Shown piece after piece: positions 34,861 through 38,344 of a stretch of 38,344 nt of DNA. A program made the position numbers and the translations under genes. Position 1 is the first letter of the stretch. Each line of letters begins with the position of its first letter. The stretch is from a virus (lineage: Duplodnaviria; Caudoviricetes). The stretch spans positions 1-38,344 of IMG/VR virus record IMGVR_UViG_3300026306_000003; one strand, written 5' to 3'. The notes beneath the pieces were generated by a model. That model was not told the DNA's origin. It made no database searches and saw only the letters and a list, made by a program, of their open reading frames with translations.

Positions 34861-35859
34861 TTAATAAGCCACACTAAACAATTGCCCCCAACCTAATGAA
34901 ACACCCAATTTGTAGTTTACGCGCATCAGATTCATTTCTTCTTTTTCTTCATACCAAAATTTGATAGTAGTAAAATCAGATTCTAAATCTGTAGCTACTG
35001 TGATATTGTTTTTGGCTGTGTAATAAATCCTGTGGGGATTTGCTCCGGCAAAATCGGCTGCTACATAACGATCAACTTCATCTTCAGGAACTACCTCAAC
35101 GCCAAAGTGCATCAAAGTTTTAGTTCCGTTTTGGGCTAAACTCCATGAACTTTCTAAAGCATTGTTTGAAGATAAATACTGCAAATAGGCATTGTAAACA
35201 GAACGCGTTACAACTTTGATGGTATCTTGTGCAGGTGTTGATTGAAGTTCAATAGGTGCGCCAAAATGAACCCCTAATAAAGCTGTGTTTGCTTGTGCAG
35301 GTGTTACCGCCCCCGTATCAGGCAAATCAGCAGTTTTGGCAATTGTGCTTGCTCCAACTGCTGCCATGATTTTTTTCCACTTGCCATCAATCATATTATA
35401 ATCAGCAGAAGCATTTGCTGTATCACCTAAAGAAATGATCCTTCTTAAATCTCTTGCTATTATTGGCTGTGCAATTTCTTCTAAAATGGCTGCAAAATCT
35501 GTTCCTGTCAAATCTTCACGATCCACGCCACGTTTTTTCAAAGCTTGCAGGATTTTACCGTCAAAATCCATTGCGCATTGCTCCATTTCAACCTTCAGTT
35601 TTACAACTGAAACGGTATCATCAATTAAATCCCCCAACTTTCCGTAGGGATTCCATCCACACGTTGTTGCCTTCCGAGTTACTTTATCAGAAGGGATGAT
35701 TTTATACATGTGTTCAGTACCTTGAACATCTTCCCTAATATCATATCCGAGTTGGGCAAAATCGGTTGCTGCCAAAACAGGATTGAAAATTAGATTGGCT
35801 TTTAATCCATCTGTTGCTTGTTTACCGCCATAAGTAACGGCTGTTGTTAAAATTGCCAT
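34861..35859 (-). CDS. Major capsid protein
   Basis: 332 aa following the protease; TCGWNP.G, EMEQC, YNMIDGKWK, YKLGV. Confidence 0.8.
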   Translation of the reverse strand: MAILTTAVTYGGKQATDGLKANLIFNPVLAATDFAQLGYDIREDVQGTEHMYKIIPSDKVTRKATTCGWNPYGKLGDLIDDTVSVVKLKVEMEQCAMDFDGKILQALKKRGVDREDLTGTDFAAILEEIAQPIIARDLRRIISLGDTANASADYNMIDGKWKKIMAAVGASTIAKTADLPDTGAVTPAQANTALLGVHFGAPIELQSTPAQDTIKVVTRSVYNAYLQYLSSNNALESSWSLAQNGTKTLMHFGVEVVPEDEVDRYVAADFAGANPHRIYYTAKNNITVATDLESDFTTIKFWYEEKEEMNLMRVNYKLGVSLGWGQLFSVAY

Positions 35860-35917
35860 GTTTTTACTTTCGTTAAAATGAAAATGAATTGATTTAAAAA
35901 TTTGGCTGTGCCGTTAA

Positions 35918-37177
35918 TTACTTTTTAAGGTTTGCAACATTGGCTTCCAATGCTGATTTGGCTTTTGATTCTTTTGGTTCTTCTGTTTTGGGGAAATTTG
36001 TTTGTGCTGATCTTTTGGATTTATCACCGGAATCAGGTACAAACTTTTTCAGCTTTTCAACCTCTGCTGTAAGAGTTGCAACCATCCCTTCCATTTTTTT
36101 AATGGCTTCAGGATTTTCTTTTTCCAGTTCAGCAACCTTTGCTTTCAGATCGGATATTTCCTGATCCTTTGCATTTAAAAGGTCTTGTTGATTTTGGGCA
36201 TCAACAATGGATGTAACAACACCATTTAAAACTGTGATAGTTCTGCCATCATCTAAACCATGATCACCATCAGAAACAGGAACAGTCATTAATTCATCAG
36301 TAAAAACGGCTGTATCAATAGCCAAATCACCATTGAAATAAATCACCGTTCCGGCATCATCAGCTAATTTTGCTGTTCCGTTTACAGGGGGATTTTCTTC
36401 ACCTTCTGCTTTCGGACTGCCACCAGTACCACCGGCATTTTTTTCAGAAATGTTTAGAATCTCTGTTGCTAAACCTTTTAGTTTTGCCATTGCTAATGCA
36501 ATTGGATTTTCACTTTTTGAATTAGTTGCCATGTTTATTTTGGTTATTTGGTTTTCAGGTTTTTTTGAACGCACAAAAGCCACAGGTTTTAAGGCTGTGG
36601 CTTTTGTGCTTTTTTCGATAGTTTCAGAAGTGTTTTCTACTGTTGAATCAATCCATCCATCTGCAATTGCTGCTGTTGCTGATATGATTGCATCCTCTCT
36701 TAATTTGGCTTGGATTTCTTCTATAGGCTTTCCAGTTCTACGGGCATAGGCTGCTGAAATTGCAGCTTCACAGGCATCAAGATTGTTTGCACATTGTCTT
36801 AATTCATCTGCATTAGAATAGAATAAAGCAGGATACATTGGTTTATGAACGCACCATAAACCGGCTTCCCTAATCTGTAGCTGATTTGGTGAAGCTGCCA
36901 TTGCAATTAATGTTCCTATGCTGTAGCAATGGCTTTCAACAATTACCCCTATTTCAGTTCCAGCTTCCCGTAATTCTAAGAGTTTGTTGTAAATGGCTAA
37001 ACCTTCTTCAACATCCCCACCGGCTGTAGAAATATGAAGCTGAATTTTATCAGGATTTGGGATTTCCTGCAATCTGAATTCTAATTCTAAGGCTGTAAAC
37101 CCTCCGTACCATCCAAATAAATCTTCTGATACTCCAATAGTATCTGCTATTCTGATATGTAGTGTTTTAGCTGCCAT
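35918..37177 (-). CDS. ClpP-type prohead protease fused to scaffold domain
   Basis: LHISTAGGDVEEGLAIYN, catalytic Ser in YSIGTLI, His in VHKP, AIADGWID; coiled-coil C-terminus. Confidence 0.88.
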   Translation of the reverse strand: MAAKTLHIRIADTIGVSEDLFGWYGGFTALELEFRLQEIPNPDKIQLHISTAGGDVEEGLAIYNKLLELREAGTEIGVIVESHCYSIGTLIAMAASPNQLQIREAGLWCVHKPMYPALFYSNADELRQCANNLDACEAAISAAYARRTGKPIEEIQAKLREDAIISATAAIADGWIDSTVENTSETIEKSTKATALKPVAFVRSKKPENQITKINMATNSKSENPIALAMAKLKGLATEILNISEKNAGGTGGSPKAEGEENPPVNGTAKLADDAGTVIYFNGDLAIDTAVFTDELMTVPVSDGDHGLDDGRTITVLNGVVTSIVDAQNQQDLLNAKDQEISDLKAKVAELEKENPEAIKKMEGMVATLTAEVEKLKKFVPDSGDKSKRSAQTNFPKTEEPKESKAKSALEANVANLKK

Positions 37178-37235
37178 TGCCTTTTTTCTTGGAATACGGC
37201 AACTTTTGGCGGAAAAATCCCTAAAAATGAAAAAG

Positions 37236-37254
37236 AATTAAGTGATACTTAATT
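37236..37254. promoter_or_regulatory. Inverted repeat AATTAAGT-gat-ACTTAATT, candidate operator
   Basis: Perfect 8-bp arms between the divergent protease and RHH genes. Confidence 0.5.
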
Positions 37255-37287
37255 GTTTTTTTAAGTATATTTTAAACCGCTTGAATT

Positions 37288-37482
37288 ATGAATATCAAAA
37301 AAGACAAAAAAAGAAATGGATGGTCTTTTATAACAACAAAGGTTACAGAAGAAACCAAAAAGGAAATTGCTGAAATCAGGAAGGAAAAGGGATGGATAAC
37401 GGAAGGTGAATTTTTACGATCCGTTTTTAATCAGGTAATTCAGCAGTACAGAAACGAAAAGCACCGGAATAAAAGCCATTAG
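37288..37482 (+). CDS. Ribbon-helix-helix-like regulator
   Basis: FITTKVTEETKKEIAEIRKEKGWITEGEFLR. Confidence 0.6.
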   Translation: MNIKKDKKRNGWSFITTKVTEETKKEIAEIRKEKGWITEGEFLRSVFNQVIQQYRNEKHRNKSH

Positions 37483-38344
37483 GAATTGATCCGGCTTTCT
37501 TTTACCTGTGCAGCCTTTAAACCGGCTGAAATGTCTTTCACTACTACAACGGGTGCAGGTAGATTGTTAATGGCTTGTGCCAATCTATGGTAATCAATTT
37601 GGGCATTTATATTGCTCAATGATGAACGGGTTGCATCAGGTAAAAGAATCCCCCCTGAAGCATTGTAATTGGAAGGCATTAAGGATTTACCGCCACCGGC
37701 TAAATTAATCTGATTCAATAAAGATCGGAATTGTGCTGTACTCCTACGGTTTATGATGGCTTCACCTCCTTCAACTTCTATTCCTGCAAAGCTACCTGTT
37801 CCATGTATGCCCCCTTCAGAATGTGAAGCACCTTTTAAAATGCCACCCTTTGCCATTTTAGGCGGTTCACCTTCAATTAATTTTCTTGCCTGTAATAGAT
37901 TGGCTGTAATTACTGCAATAGTTGTTCCCATTGCAATAAGGTTTGCAGGAAAACCAACATCCTGTGCATCTGCAATGCCTTTAGTGATTGCTTCAGCAGA
38001 AGCCAAACCGATTCTAAATAAGGTTAAAGCCTTTTGAAATACTGCTAATTCGCTGCTTTTTCCAACCATCAGTTCAGCTAAATTACCGGCTGCTTCTGAT
38101 AATGAAGATAAAGCCTGAAATTCCGCTTCTCTTATGGCTTGCTTTTCGGCTGCTTCATCTTTTGCGTTCTTTACTCTTGCTCTTGCTGCATCTATATCAA
38201 CTTGTAATAAAAAAGCTTCATTTTCAGCCTGTGCATCAGTATCTTTTTTATCTAATGCAGCCAATTCTTCATCAATCCTTTTTTGCTCTGCTATTTTATC
38301 AAGCCGGTTTGCAATAAGACTTTCCAATCTTGCCAATTCTGCTG
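37479..38344 (-). CDS. Tail tape measure protein, C-terminal part (enters from window end)
   Basis: Frame open to the window edge; PPKMAKGG..GASHSEGGI, EVEGGEAIINRRST, LLNQIN, PVVVVKDI. Confidence 0.85.
   Translation of the reverse strand, partial: AELARLESLIANRLDKIAEQKRIDEELAALDKKDTDAQAENEAFLLQVDIDAARARVKNAKDEAAEKQAIREAEFQALSSLSEAAGNLAELMVGKSSELAVFQKALTLFRIGLASAEAITKGIADAQDVGFPANLIAMGTTIAVITANLLQARKLIEGEPPKMAKGGILKGASHSEGGIHGTGSFAGIEVEGGEAIINRRSTAQFRSLLNQINLAGGGKSLMPSNYNASGGILLPDATRSSLSNINAQIDYHRLAQAINNLPAPVVVVKDISAGLKAAQVKESRINS

Noticed and set aside
1-38344. tRNA genes or stop-codon reassignment
   Set aside because: No cloverleaf was noticed, and long genes are intact under the standard code.

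Overview
AT-rich, near-complete genome of a tailed phage (siphovirus-type), almost certainly infecting Bacteroidota. Evidence for the host: TTG-N19-23-TAnnTTTG/A promoters, A-rich leaders without Shine-Dalgarno sites, and Bacteroidota-phage-type tape measure, portal and replication proteins. Nearly all genes are on the minus strand, and both window ends fall inside the tape-measure gene. Order along the minus strand: TMP C-terminus, Clp protease/scaffold, major capsid, tail tube, portal, head-tail adaptor, tail fibre/LamG proteins, permuted NlpC/P60, holin, GH73 endolysin, membrane proteins, a control region (24.0-24.3 kb), ERF recombinase, a replication initiator with internal iterons, about 12 kb of small accessory genes, terS/terL, tail completion/baseplate genes, TMP N-terminus. 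I saw no integrase, polymerase, helicase, methylase, tRNA or CRISPR array. Main unexplained structure: nine copies of a conserved ~45-60 bp promoter repeat that package small early genes into cassettes in three arrays, with repeat subtypes that track gene paralogues. Also notable: a candidate ~90 nt RNA antisense to a leader motif shared by several early genes, a G-quadruplex-like repeat beside it, and strong CCGG enrichment. Protein calls come from motif recognition by eye, not from database searches.
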